From a bacterium (GTDB taxonomy: Bacteria > Zhuqueibacterota > Zhuqueibacteria > Oceanimicrobiales > Oceanimicrobiaceae): a DNA stretch of 23,597 nt. Position 1 is the first letter of the stretch, and the number at the start of each line of letters is the position of its first letter. Positions 8,206 to 17,294 of the stretch are shown piece after piece. The stretch covers positions 1-23,597 of the forward strand of contig JBHHXT010000062.1 in the NCBI GenBank assembly GCA_046757165.1. Direction: 5' to 3'. The notes under the pieces are model-generated. The model did no database searches, had not been told where the DNA came from, and worked only from the letters and a program-made list of their open reading frames with translations. Position numbers and translations under genes: made by a program.

Positions 8206-9894
8206 ATGATGAGAATTGCCCTTCTGATCTTTAGCATCCTGTCTTTTTCGGATTGGAGCGTGCTGGTGCTGCCAGCACGTGCGCAGGGGGACTTCATCCG
8301 GCAGCGGGAAACCAATCCGAATTATCAAGAAGGGGACTGGGTGAGTTATTCGGTCGCCCGTTTCATCACCTCCATCGCCGTCGGCCAGCAATATGTCTAT
8401 TTCGGCACGCGCCACTCAGGCATTATCCGCCTGGACCAGTATCAGTACCGCTGGGACTTTCCCTGGACAACCAGCAACGGGCTGGCCGACAATCAAGTCT
8501 GGTCCGTGGCGTATGACCACGAAAGCGGTTTCTTGTGGTGCGCCTCCCACCGCGCCATCAGCTACTACCAGCCGACTGCCCACAAGTGGCACAATTATTT
8601 TAAGGATGAGTTTGGGCTGCCATTTAATGACGAGATCGAGTCCATTGGCATTGGGCCGAGAAAAATCTATTTTCAAGCCCGCTCCGGCAGAGTGCTGGAG
8701 ACGAACAAGTTCGGCGGCATCATTCTCGTTTCCAACAGTCAAGCGGGCAGCAATGGCAGCGTTCGGTGGTTCGGCAGGCGTGCGCAACGACAGCGCAGAT
8801 TTCCGAATTTCTTTATGTCTCACGGCTACCTGTTCAATCCGGAAGGCGTGGTAGAAGATTTCAACTTCCGCCGTGCAGAGGTGGTGGCCGCCGTCGAGGA
8901 CGACTGGGGCAACTTGTGGATTGGCACCTGGGGTCTGGGCGCCGGGCGCGGCGACCTGCGTAATTTGCAACTGGACATGTATGAATTCGGCCTGAGCAAC
9001 TTTTCGGTGCAGGCGTTGACCCTTGCAGACGAAGTGCTCTGGCTCGGCGGCACGCACTCATCAGAAACGCAGCGCGGCATCACGGCCTGGGACCTGGGGC
9101 GCGAAACTTGGAGTACCTATGAACAACGCAATATCTCAGAGCTGCGCAGCGACCAGATTTACGCCATTACAGCTGACAACGACGACCTGTGGTTCTCCAC
9201 CGGCTATGGCCTGGTCCGTTACTCCAGCCGGAAAGGAAGCTGGCAAACGTTCGACAGTTTTGAAGGTCTTTCGGATAACCTTGTCTTTGACGCGGTTGCG
9301 GACGACTCGTGCGTCTGGATTGCGACCAGCAATGGCATCGACCGCTTGCTGAAAAATAGCCTGAGCAAAAAGGACAGCGTGAAAATCAAACCCATCAGTC
9401 CTGGCAATCTCGCCCTCACCCGGGTTCGTGACCTGGAGCTGATGGAAAATTTGCTCTGGGCGGCCACCAACCGGGGCGTCTATGTTTATGATACCGCCAA
9501 ACGCGTTGGAGGATTCAGCGACGAATTCGAGGGGCCCATTACAGACGAGATCACCTCCATCTCCAGCTATCAAAACGAGCTCTGGCTGGGCAGCACCGAC
9601 GGCGTCGATGTGTTCGACACCAAAAAACGGCAATGGCTCGGCGTCACCGAAGGTCGTCTGCTGTCGACGTCGGTGAACAAAGTGCTCGCAACCCCGCAAG
9701 CGGTTTGGGCCGCCACCAACAGCGGTGTGATGAAATTCAACCGCAAAGACAAAACCTGGCGCAAGTTCACCGTCAAGGATGGGCTGATCGATAACCGGGT
9801 GCATGCGATATTGTTGGACGGGGATTATATTTGGTTTGGCACTGAGCGGGGACTGACGCAGTTTTATTGGAATGATCCGAGCCGTATCGATTGA
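8206..9894 (+). CDS. Secreted beta-propeller protein resembling two-component-regulator propeller (sensor) domains, without a kinase domain
   Basis: Start moved from 7969 (overlaps hflX) to ATG 8206/8209, which gives a signal peptide ending ARA-Q. Many repeats of the type GL.DN.V..(L/V)W(I/F/A)(G/A)T..G(L/V/I). No C-terminal TM or HisKA domain. Confidence 0.8.
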   Translation: MMRIALLIFSILSFSDWSVLVLPARAQGDFIRQRETNPNYQEGDWVSYSVARFITSIAVGQQYVYFGTRHSGIIRLDQYQYRWDFPWTTSNGLADNQVWSVAYDHESGFLWCASHRAISYYQPTAHKWHNYFKDEFGLPFNDEIESIGIGPRKIYFQARSGRVLETNKFGGIILVSNSQAGSNGSVRWFGRRAQRQRRFPNFFMSHGYLFNPEGVVEDFNFRRAEVVAAVEDDWGNLWIGTWGLGAGRGDLRNLQLDMYEFGLSNFSVQALTLADEVLWLGGTHSSETQRGITAWDLGRETWSTYEQRNISELRSDQIYAITADNDDLWFSTGYGLVRYSSRKGSWQTFDSFEGLSDNLVFDAVADDSCVWIATSNGIDRLLKNSLSKKDSVKIKPISPGNLALTRVRDLELMENLLWAATNRGVYVYDTAKRVGGFSDEFEGPITDEITSISSYQNELWLGSTDGVDVFDTKKRQWLGVTEGRLLSTSVNKVLATPQAVWAATNSGVMKFNRKDKTWRKFTVKDGLIDNRVHAILLDGDYIWFGTERGLTQFYWNDPSRID

Positions 9895-10005
9895 GCGGCT
9901 GAACGAAACGGCGGCACGCGCAATTCTATCAACTCACTCGCTTAGCTCCACACGAAACCACAAGCGCCTGGTGCGCTGACATCGACAATTTTATCGATAT
10001 TGGTT

Positions 10006-10057
10006 CACACGGATCAAAAAACCACACGGAAAATCTTCTAAGAAAGAAATCTGTGTG
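10006..10057. repeat. CACACGGA direct pair plus an inverted copy
   Basis: CACACGGAT 10006-10014, CACACGGAA 10023-10031, ATCTGTGTG 10049-10057 (reverse complement CACACAGAT). Confidence 0.5.
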
Positions 10058-10074
10058 TGATATATTTGGGCGCT

Positions 10075-10140
10075 CGTCATTGAGCAGGCTCTGACCAAAT
10101 GACGCCCGCGGGGCAAATGACGGCGCGAAGCGCCAAATGA
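10075..10140 (+). repeat. AAATGAC repeats interleaved with GC mini-hairpins
   Basis: AAATGAC (10097), GCCC-GCG-GGGC, AAATGAC (10115), GGCGC-GAA-GCGCC, AAATGA (10135); inverted copy CGTCATT at 10075-10081. Confidence 0.6.
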
Positions 10141-10199
10141 TTTTTTTGCAACAAAGTCTGCGAACAACATTTGAACCTAACCAGGAAGAATATTCAATT

Positions 10200-11522
10200 A
10201 TGGACCTCTTCTCCCAACAAGCCAAAGAAGAAACCTCCCGCGCCACCCCTCTGGCCGACCGCATGCGCCCTAAAACGCTCATGGATTTTGTCGGGCAGGA
10301 GCATCTGGTCGGTGAGGGGAAGGTCCTGCGCTGCGCCATCGAAAGCGATGAGCTGGTCTCCATGATTTTTTGGGGTCCGCCGGGAGTGGGCAAGACCACG
10401 CTGGCCAAGCTTATCGCTCGCGAAACGAAAGCGGACTTTTTCGAGCTCAGCGCTGTCTCCTCAGGCGTGGCCGATATCCGCAAGATTCTGGAAAAAGCCC
10501 GTGTCAACCGGCATCTCGCCAAGCGCACGATCATGTTCATCGATGAGATTCATCGCTTCAACAAAACGCAGCAAGATGCCTTGCTGCACAGTGTGGAAGA
10601 CGGCACTGTTTTGCTCATCGGCGCGACTACTGAAAACCCATCGTTCGAGGTCAACGCGCCGCTCCTGTCCCGATGCCGCGTCTATCGGTTGCACGAGCTG
10701 ACTTTTGATGAGCTCGAAACCATACTCGAGCGCGCGCTGACAAACGATGCGGTGCTGGCAAAGCAGACGGTCATCTTCGAGGACAACTCGGACAACCTGC
10801 TGCTCAACCTTTCCGGCGGGGACGCACGCAACGCCCTGAACGCGCTCGAGCTGACGATTCAGATCGCCCCAAAAGCAAAAGACGGGACGCTGACCATCAC
10901 CCAGGAAATCATTCGTGAAGCGCTGCAAACCAAGACGACGCTCTATGATAAGCAGGGCGACTCCCACTATGATGTCATCTCCGCGTTCATCAAGAGTGTG
11001 CGCGGCTCTGATCCGGACGGCGCACTCTACTGGCTGGCACGCATGATAGAAGCCGGCGAGGAGCCGAAATTCATCGCCCGCCGCCTGATCATCCTGGCCG
11101 CTGAGGACATCGGCAATGCGGACCCACAGGCCCTGCTGGTGGCGACCGCCGCCTTTACCGCCATCACCTACATCGGTATGCCGGAAGGGCGGCTGGTGCT
11201 GGCGCAGGCGACAACCTATCTCTCCTCCGCGCCCAAGAGCAACGCCTCGTACAAGGCGATCTCCGCTGCACAGCAGGATATCCGGGACCATCCGGTTGCG
11301 GCCGTGCCGCTCCACCTGCGCAATGCCCCGACCCGGCTGATGAAAGAACAGGAGCATGGCAAAGACTACCGCTATCCGCATGACTATGCAGGGAATTTTG
11401 TGGTGCAAGCCTATTTGCCGGAGGCGCTGAAAGACCGGGTGTATTATCGTCCGAGCGAGAATGGGTACGAGAAGGAAATCAAGGAAAGATTGCAGCGGTT
11501 GTGGCAGAAGGTTGGGGAATGA
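10200..11522 (+). CDS. rarA: Replication-associated recombination protein A (RarA/MgsA AAA+ ATPase)
   Basis: Start set to ATG 10200 (MDLF...PLADRMRP). Walker A GPPGVGKTT, Walker B FIDEIHRFNK, GATTENP, SAFIKSVRGSD, EDIGNADP, VPLHLRNAP, YPHD. Confidence 0.97.
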   Translation: MDLFSQQAKEETSRATPLADRMRPKTLMDFVGQEHLVGEGKVLRCAIESDELVSMIFWGPPGVGKTTLAKLIARETKADFFELSAVSSGVADIRKILEKARVNRHLAKRTIMFIDEIHRFNKTQQDALLHSVEDGTVLLIGATTENPSFEVNAPLLSRCRVYRLHELTFDELETILERALTNDAVLAKQTVIFEDNSDNLLLNLSGGDARNALNALELTIQIAPKAKDGTLTITQEIIREALQTKTTLYDKQGDSHYDVISAFIKSVRGSDPDGALYWLARMIEAGEEPKFIARRLIILAAEDIGNADPQALLVATAAFTAITYIGMPEGRLVLAQATTYLSSAPKSNASYKAISAAQQDIRDHPVAAVPLHLRNAPTRLMKEQEHGKDYRYPHDYAGNFVVQAYLPEALKDRVYYRPSENGYEKEIKERLQRLWQKVGE

Positions 11523-11666
11523 ACTTCACTTACCTTGTACTTAAGCCTGAACCAAACAAGATTTGTTCCTGAATTGACCGGGGGGGTCGGTGTAGAAGCT
11601 TCAGCTTGCTGGGGTGAGGGGATGGTCTTGCCAAAAAACAACAAGACGTTCCTACTGAGGGACTAA

Positions 11667-11694
11667 AACACGGTCACAGACCGTGTTGGATCAT
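11667..11694 (-). repeat. GATCC-foot hairpin repeat, copy 1
   Basis: + strand AACACGGTC-ACA-GACCGTGTT-GGATCAT; perfect 9-bp stem. Confidence 0.8.
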
Positions 11695-11917
11695 TTCTGG
11701 ACTTTTTTGCAGTTTCCTCTATGACACAGCCACTCACTGCTCACAAGATTTCTGGCATCGATCTTTTGCTGACCCCAAACTAACTAACGCCTCCATGCGG
11801 TACCGTCGTGTCCAGGTGCGGAACAATTCTCATTTGTTTTGCTGTTTAATATGATTACATTGCTTTATCTAGCCTGAATAATTCATGAACTATGATTTTG
11901 GGTCAGGATTCGGAAAT

Positions 11918-11943
11918 GTCATTCCCGCGAACGCGGGCATCCA
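11918..11943 (+). repeat. GTCATTCCCGCG...GCGGG.ATCCA REP-like palindrome (dRS3-like)
   Basis: GTCATTCCCGCGAACGCGGGCATCCA. Fits ATTCCC-N8-GGGAAT (Neisseria dRS3 consensus) with one mismatch; stem CCCGCG/CGCGGG. Confidence 0.7.
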
Positions 11944-11990
11944 TAGAGCCACTATGAAACGAACCCCACCGCAGAGTGAGCGGCGCTTAC

Positions 11991-14669
11991 ATGAAATGGA
12001 TTCTGCCTAAACTTTCCCTTCTTCTTCTCGGCCTCTTCCCACCTGAAGCTGCATTTTCACAGGAGCTCGTTGCGAAAGATAGCACGGCAACGGACCGGGC
12101 GGTGGTCCATGCGGATTCCGCCAGCACCGACACATCACACGGTCTTCTCGGCCTGCCGAGCATCGGGGCGAAACGTGATTCGTCTGCCACCAGCTCGATC
12201 CAACCGGCAGACGTCGGTATCGATGCCGTGGTAGAATACTCCGCGCGAACCATCGACAGCCGCCAGGGGCAGGGCATCATCTATCTCACGGGTGACGCGC
12301 AGGTAAAATACAGAGACATCACCATAAAGGCCGGCAAAATAACCATCAAGCAGAATGAAAACCTGCTTATCGCCGAAGGCGTCCCCGATACCAGCAACGG
12401 CCTCGCGGATAGCCTCTACTCGAGAGTTGCCGATTCGACCAAGATCGAGTACAAGGATTTCCCGGTGTTTGCCGACGGCAACGAGATCATGGTCGGAGAG
12501 CGCATGGAGTTCAATTTCAAGTCGCAGAAGGGTCGAATTATCCGCGGCCGCACCGAATTCCAAAAGGGTCATTACTTCGGTGACGCGGTCAAGCGCATTG
12601 ACCCAAAAGTATTCTTTGTCGCCAATGGCTCGTACACTACATGTGACCAGGAGGAGCCCCACTTTCAATTCAAGGGCAAGAAGATGAAAGTGATCGCCGA
12701 CGACAAAGTGCTGGCCAAACCCGTGATCTTTTTCATCGGCAAGATCCCGCTGGCCATCTTTCCCTTCGCCATGTTCCCCACGCAGGAAAATGGCCGGCAG
12801 AGCGGAATCATTCTGCCGCAGTATGGCTCCAGCCCCACTGAAGGCCGCTACCTGCGCAACCTGGGCTACTACTGGGCCACCAACGAGTATATGGACCTCC
12901 GCCTTACCATGGATTTCTTTGAGAAGAGCGGTTTTCTTTTTCGAAGCCAAATGAACTACGCGTTGCGGTACCGTTTCTCGGGCTCTGTGAGCGGCTCGTT
13001 CACCAACAAAAGCTTTGGCGACCGCAAAGAACGGAGTTGGAATCTGCGCGTCCAGCACAGCCAAACCATCGACCAGAATACCAGCTTGTCCGTCAATGGC
13101 AGTTTCCAGAGCAGCAATAATTTTTACCGGGATTTCAGCAACAACCGGCAGCAGCGTTTGCGCCGGCAGATCATCTCAAACGCCACCTTCAGAAAACGCT
13201 GGGGGGAGGGCAAGAACAGTATCGACCTCAACCTGTCACAAACAAAGGACCTCGAGAGCGGCAGTACCTCCCGAACCCTGCCGCGACTGCGCTACACACG
13301 CAGCCGGGGTGCGATCATCCCATTCAAGGAAGACAAAAGAGGACGCAAGAAGGGGGAGCCGAAATGGTATAACTTGATCCAGTATGATTACAAAGGCCTG
13401 CTTGAAAACCGCGTCCGGACGGACACCACCTCTAACCCGGACGACATCACGCGCAAAGTGGAGCACGATATCAATTTGAGCTTTACCAGTCCCGGCAAGC
13501 TCTTTGGCGTCCTCAGCCTGACGCAGAGTTTCAAATATGATGAGGACTGGTTCGACCGCCGGGCTGCCCGGTACGTCATCACCGACTCCTCCAGAAACAA
13601 GCTGGAAGCGGTTGAGGAGAAAGGGTTTTTTCAAAGGCGGCTGTTCCGCTACTCGGCCTCCGCGAGCACAAATCTGTTCGGGACGTTCCGTCCGAACATT
13701 TTTTCCATCACCGGCTTCCGCCACAAAATGAGCCCATCGATTTCGTTTTCCTTCCGGCCGGACTTTTCGGACGCGGACAGATGGGGCTACTTTGTCACGG
13801 CAACCGACACCGCGGGCAGGGAGCTCACCTTTGACCGCTATTCCGGAACCCCGCGCGGCAAGCAGATGAGCATGGGCTTCAACCTCAACAACCTGTTTCA
13901 GATGAAGCTCGGCAAAGGCGAAAAGGAAAAGAAGATCGATTTGTTCAATTTGAATTTCAGCAGTGGCTACAACTTTGCAGCGGATAGTTTGAAACTGCGC
14001 AATCTCGCCACCTCCTTCCGGGCAAATCCCCGGCGCAATTTCAATGTCAGCATGAGCCTCAACCACAGCTTCTATCGCTTCGATCAAGCTTCCCGCCGGA
14101 CGGTCGATGAGTTCATATCCCCGCGACTCACCTCCTTTCGCCTCGATGCGCGCTGGTCGCTGAGCGGCAGCAAAAAGGCCGCGGGTGCGGCGAGTGGCCG
14201 GTCCCCCTCGCTTGACGAGGATGAAGAAGCGGTGCCCTTTCAGCGACCGCGGCAAGATGAGGCCCGCGCCAGTGGACTGTACCGCAGCGACTTCGACCCG
14301 GAGAGCGCGTTTTCTGCCCTCGACATTCCCTGGCGGGCAAATCTCTCCTTCTCATACAGCATCAGCAAGGCAAACCCCGACAACCCGATCAAAAATGCGT
14401 ATCTCGATCTCAGCAACGTCGAGCTGCAGCTCACCAGGAAGTGGCGCATCGGCTACCGCTTGCGCTACGACCTGACCAAAACGAAAGTCGTGGATCAGCG
14501 CATCTCTTTTTATCGCGATCTGCATTGCTGGGAGGCGCGTTTCGACTGGAATCCCTCCGGTATCGGCAAGGGCTACTATTTCATCATCAACATCAAAGCG
14601 CCACATCTGCACGATATCAAGATCGAGAACCGTGGCGGCGCAACCTCTGTTCTGAAGAGTCCGTTCTAA
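11991..14669 (+). CDS. lptD: Putative LPS-assembly outer-membrane protein LptD (FCB-type)
   Basis: Signal peptide from ATG 11991. OstA-like N-domain (YLTGDAQVKYRDITIKAGKI), GSYTTCD..EPHF, PLAIFPFAMFP....RQSGIILP.YG, GYYW, C-terminal YRDLHCWEARFDWNP..Y.F.INIKA. Confidence 0.88.
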   Translation: MKWILPKLSLLLLGLFPPEAAFSQELVAKDSTATDRAVVHADSASTDTSHGLLGLPSIGAKRDSSATSSIQPADVGIDAVVEYSARTIDSRQGQGIIYLTGDAQVKYRDITIKAGKITIKQNENLLIAEGVPDTSNGLADSLYSRVADSTKIEYKDFPVFADGNEIMVGERMEFNFKSQKGRIIRGRTEFQKGHYFGDAVKRIDPKVFFVANGSYTTCDQEEPHFQFKGKKMKVIADDKVLAKPVIFFIGKIPLAIFPFAMFPTQENGRQSGIILPQYGSSPTEGRYLRNLGYYWATNEYMDLRLTMDFFEKSGFLFRSQMNYALRYRFSGSVSGSFTNKSFGDRKERSWNLRVQHSQTIDQNTSLSVNGSFQSSNNFYRDFSNNRQQRLRRQIISNATFRKRWGEGKNSIDLNLSQTKDLESGSTSRTLPRLRYTRSRGAIIPFKEDKRGRKKGEPKWYNLIQYDYKGLLENRVRTDTTSNPDDITRKVEHDINLSFTSPGKLFGVLSLTQSFKYDEDWFDRRAARYVITDSSRNKLEAVEEKGFFQRRLFRYSASASTNLFGTFRPNIFSITGFRHKMSPSISFSFRPDFSDADRWGYFVTATDTAGRELTFDRYSGTPRGKQMSMGFNLNNLFQMKLGKGEKEKKIDLFNLNFSSGYNFAADSLKLRNLATSFRANPRRNFNVSMSLNHSFYRFDQASRRTVDEFISPRLTSFRLDARWSLSGSKKAAGAASGRSPSLDEDEEAVPFQRPRQDEARASGLYRSDFDPESAFSALDIPWRANLSFSYSISKANPDNPIKNAYLDLSNVELQLTRKWRIGYRLRYDLTKTKVVDQRISFYRDLHCWEARFDWNPSGIGKGYYFIINIKAPHLHDIKIENRGGATSVLKSPF

Positions 14670-14702
14670 GTCAGGCGCCGAATACTCTGAGACACTTTTG
14701 TC

Positions 14703-14731
14703 TTGCATTTATAGCGCTACTAGATTATATT
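14703..14731 (+). promoter_or_regulatory. Putative sigma70-type promoter upstream of parAB
   Basis: TTGCAT (14703-14708), 17 nt, TATATT (14726-14731). Confidence 0.55.
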
Positions 14732-14789
14732 CCTTGACAGATGTGTCGGGTAAAGTTTCAGAGTTCGTTGTTTTCTTAGAATTAAGAAC

Positions 14790-14815
14790 GATCCGATACA
14801 GTTTGCAACTGTAGA
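14790..14815 (+). repeat. GATCC-foot hairpin repeat, copy 2 (outer 2 bp unpaired)
   Basis: GATCC-GATACAGTT-TGC-AACTGTAGA. The 15-nt core ACAGTTTGCAACTGT is identical to the reverse complement of the core of the 22132 copy. Confidence 0.7.
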
Positions 14816-14942
14816 TAGATTCACCTTCGCGGATTTCTTATTGTCACCCGTCAAACGAGACAAACGTGCTCGTATTCTATCGTTTCATTTATCAAGTTTG
14901 CCACAGCGGCGGTGCCGCGGCTGGATTAAGAGAAAGGACTGA

Positions 14943-15707
14943 ATGTCAAGAATCATTGCAATTGCTAATCAGAAAGGTGGTGTCGGCAAGACCACTACCG
15001 CCGTCAATCTCTCTGCCTGTCTGGCCGTTGCAGAACATTCGACCTTGTTGATAGACATCGACCCGCAGGCAAATTCCACCAGCGGTTTTGGGATCGATTG
15101 CAAAAATGTCAAGCAAAGCATCTACGAAATCCTGATCGAGAACCTCGATATTGATCAAGCGATTATCAAAACGAAGCTGGACTATCTCGACATGGTGCCG
15201 TCAAATGTCCAGTTGGCAGGCGCAGAGGTCGAGCTGGTCAACACGGTCGCGCGTGAGAAAAAACTCAGTACCGCCCTGCAGCACTTGCCGACGGGCTACG
15301 ATTACGTCTTTATCGACTGTCCCCCTTCCCTCGGACTCTTGACCATCAATGCGTTGACGGCCGCGAACTCGGTTCTCATCCCGATTCAGTGCGAATATTA
15401 CGCTCTGGAGGGACTGGGACAGTTGCTCAATACCATCCGGCTGGTGCAGAAGCATCTCAATTCGAGCCTGGTCATCGAAGGCGTGCTTCTGACCATGTAC
15501 GACAGCCGTCTCAACCTCTCCCGCCAGGTGGCCGAAGATGTGAAACGGTATTTCGAAGACAAAGTCTTCAACACCATCATCGACCGCAATGTGCGTTTGA
15601 GCGAGGCGCCGAGCTACGGCAAACCCATCATTCTCTACGACGCCATTTCGAAAGGGTCTGAAAGCTACATGAACCTGGCCGAGGAACTTCTGAACAATGG
15701 CCGTTAA
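14943..15707 (+). CDS. parA: Chromosome partitioning ATPase ParA/Soj
   Basis: 254 aa. Deviant Walker [59 protein letters not shown]. Confidence 0.97.
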   Translation: MSRIIAIANQKGGVGKTTTAVNLSACLAVAEHSTLLIDIDPQANSTSGFGIDCKNVKQSIYEILIENLDIDQAIIKTKLDYLDMVPSNVQLAGAEVELVNTVAREKKLSTALQHLPTGYDYVFIDCPPSLGLLTINALTAANSVLIPIQCEYYALEGLGQLLNTIRLVQKHLNSSLVIEGVLLTMYDSRLNLSRQVAEDVKRYFEDKVFNTIIDRNVRLSEAPSYGKPIILYDAISKGSESYMNLAEELLNNGR

Positions 15708-16569
15708 GCGACTGGGAAAAGGTCTGAGCGCACTCATCCCGGAGATGACCACTGAAGATGTCGAGCACGGCAAGTCGCCGGAACGGTTGCGCGAAATTGC
15801 AGTCGCCAAAGTCTCACCCAACCCCTTTCAACCCCGCGAGACCTTTGATCCCATTGCCCTGCAGGAGCTGAAACAGTCGATCTCCCAAAACGGCGTCATT
15901 CAGCCGATCACCGTGCGAGAGGTGGAGTCCGGCTACGAGCTCATCGCCGGCGAACGACGGCTGCGCGCTGTCTCAGAGCTGGGGCACGACCTCATTCCAG
16001 CCTACGTTCTCGAGGTCGAAAGCGACCAGCAGATGATCGAGCTCTCTCTCATCGAGAACATCCAGCGTGAAAATCTCAACCCCCTCGACGAGGCCAACGG
16101 CTACCGCACCCTCATCACCGAATGTGGACTGACCCAGGAAGATGTCGCCAAACGCGTCGGCAAAGACCGCTCCACCATCACCAACGCGATGCGACTGCTC
16201 AAGCTGCCCCAAAAAATCCAGGAAAGCTTGATCGGTGACGAGATCACCTCGGGCCACGCGCGTGCCTTTCTTGCGCTCGAGGAGCCGAGCGAACAGATTT
16301 CTCTCTGGCAGGAAACCCTGCAGAAGCAGTATTCGGTCCGGCAGGTCGAAAAGCTCATTCAGAAGAAAAAGTCTCCCGCGAAGCCCAAACAAAAAGCAGA
16401 ACAAGAAGTCTCGCCGTTTATCCGAGAAATCGAAGACAAACTGCGCACCGTCTTCAGCACACAGGTTCGGATTCATCAGGACGGCAAAGGCGGCCGCGGC
16501 CGAATTGAAATCGAGTTTTACTCCACAGATGATATGGAGCGGATTTTGGAGCTGGTTCAGGGCTCCTGA
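15697..16569 (+). CDS. parB: Chromosome partitioning protein ParB/Spo0J
   Basis: 290 aa, overlaps parA by 11 nt. N-terminal [18 protein letters not shown]-binding [43 protein letters not shown]. Confidence 0.97.
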   Translation: MAVKRLGKGLSALIPEMTTEDVEHGKSPERLREIAVAKVSPNPFQPRETFDPIALQELKQSISQNGVIQPITVREVESGYELIAGERRLRAVSELGHDLIPAYVLEVESDQQMIELSLIENIQRENLNPLDEANGYRTLITECGLTQEDVAKRVGKDRSTITNAMRLLKLPQKIQESLIGDEITSGHARAFLALEEPSEQISLWQETLQKQYSVRQVEKLIQKKKSPAKPKQKAEQEVSPFIREIEDKLRTVFSTQVRIHQDGKGGRGRIEIEFYSTDDMERILELVQGS

Positions 16570-16587
16570 GTCGGACAGCTGAAGAAT

Positions 16588-16615
16588 CGAAATCCGAAGC
16601 TCGAAATTCGAAAAG
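16588..16615 (+). repeat. Degenerate 7-mer tandem repeat (CGAAnnn)x4
   Basis: CGAAATC CGAAGCT CGAAATT CGAAAAG. Confidence 0.65.
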
Positions 16616-16618
16616 AGC

Positions 16619-16647
16619 TTGACATCTCCATCTTTTGTAACTAACTT
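16619..16647 (+). promoter_or_regulatory. sigma70-type promoter of the rrf2 gene
   Basis: Perfect TTGACA (16619-16624), 17 nt, TAACTT (16642-16647); ATG follows at 16672. Confidence 0.7.
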
Positions 16648-16655
16648 GCCTACAA
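16635..16655. promoter_or_regulatory. Putative Rrf2 operator 1 (autoregulatory, imperfect)
   Basis: TTGTAAC-TAACTTG-CCTACAA. It straddles the -10 box and shares CTTTTGTAAC with operator 2. Confidence 0.7.
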
Positions 16656-16671
16656 ACCGTAAGTAACCACC

Positions 16672-17202
16672 ATGAACACCAGCAGCAGATTTGTGGTCGC
16701 GATCCATGTCATGGCGGCCATGGCCCTCAAACGCGGACAAGCGTGCAAATCGGATGAGCTCTCCTGGAGCGTCAATACCAATCCGGTGGTCATCCGGCGC
16801 ATCATCGGCATGTTGCGCAATGCCGGCCTGGTGATTTCGCAAACTGGCCCGGATGGAGGCTCACGGCTGGGATGCAGCCCGGACAAAATCTCCCTGCTCG
16901 ATATCTACCAGGCAGTGGAGGGGAGCGAGCTTTTCAGATTCCATTACGCTGAGCCGAATTGCAATTGTCCGGTGGGGGCGTACGTCAAGAACTGCCTGTC
17001 CTCTACTTTCAACGAAGCAGAAGCGGCCATGAAGGAAGTCCTGCGCCGCAAAAATCTGATGCGCCTGACTCAGGAAATTCTCGACTGCTCCGGCATTTCC
17101 GCAAAGTTGGCCCAGGGCTGGACCATTGAGCAAGTAAGGGAGCATTACGTGTTCCGGGAAGGAAAGCTGGTCGAGAAAGGTGAGAAAACCCCCTCCGCCT
17201 AA
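16672..17202 (+). CDS. Rrf2-family transcriptional regulator, YwnA/SifR-like, Cys-rich, with C-terminal extension
   Basis: 176 aa. SSRF.VAIH, SVNTNPVVIRR, G..GG..L...P.KISLLDIY.AVE, H..PN.NCPVG; six Cys. Confidence 0.93.
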   Translation: MNTSSRFVVAIHVMAAMALKRGQACKSDELSWSVNTNPVVIRRIIGMLRNAGLVISQTGPDGGSRLGCSPDKISLLDIYQAVEGSELFRFHYAEPNCNCPVGAYVKNCLSSTFNEAEAAMKEVLRRKNLMRLTQEILDCSGISAKLAQGWTIEQVREHYVFREGKLVEKGEKTPSA

Positions 17203-17294
17203 CCACCTCCAATCCTCTTTCACAAAGCGAATAGACTCGCTCCAGTGGCTATCTAACACCATCCCTCGAAAAAAACAACGATTCTTGAAACCTT

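Noticed and set aside
10097..10140. Mini-CRISPR interpretation of the AAATGAC array
   Set aside because: Repeats of 7 nt and spacers of 11-13 nt are far too short, and there are no cas genes.
10161..10174. CGAACAACATTTGA upstream of rarA as a Gram-positive-type SOS box
   Set aside because: The right half-site deviates from GTTC at two of four positions, and the LexA motif of this lineage is unknown to me.
11520..11666. Frame stays open for 47 codons after the rarA TGA (possible read-through or selenocysteine)
   Set aside because: RarA already ends at its normal C-terminus, no SECIS-like hairpin is evident, and an open stretch of this length is unremarkable.
14797..14813. Palindrome upstream of parA as a non-canonical parS
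   Set aside because: It does not resemble parS and is better explained as a member of the GATCC-foot hairpin family, whose stems covary.
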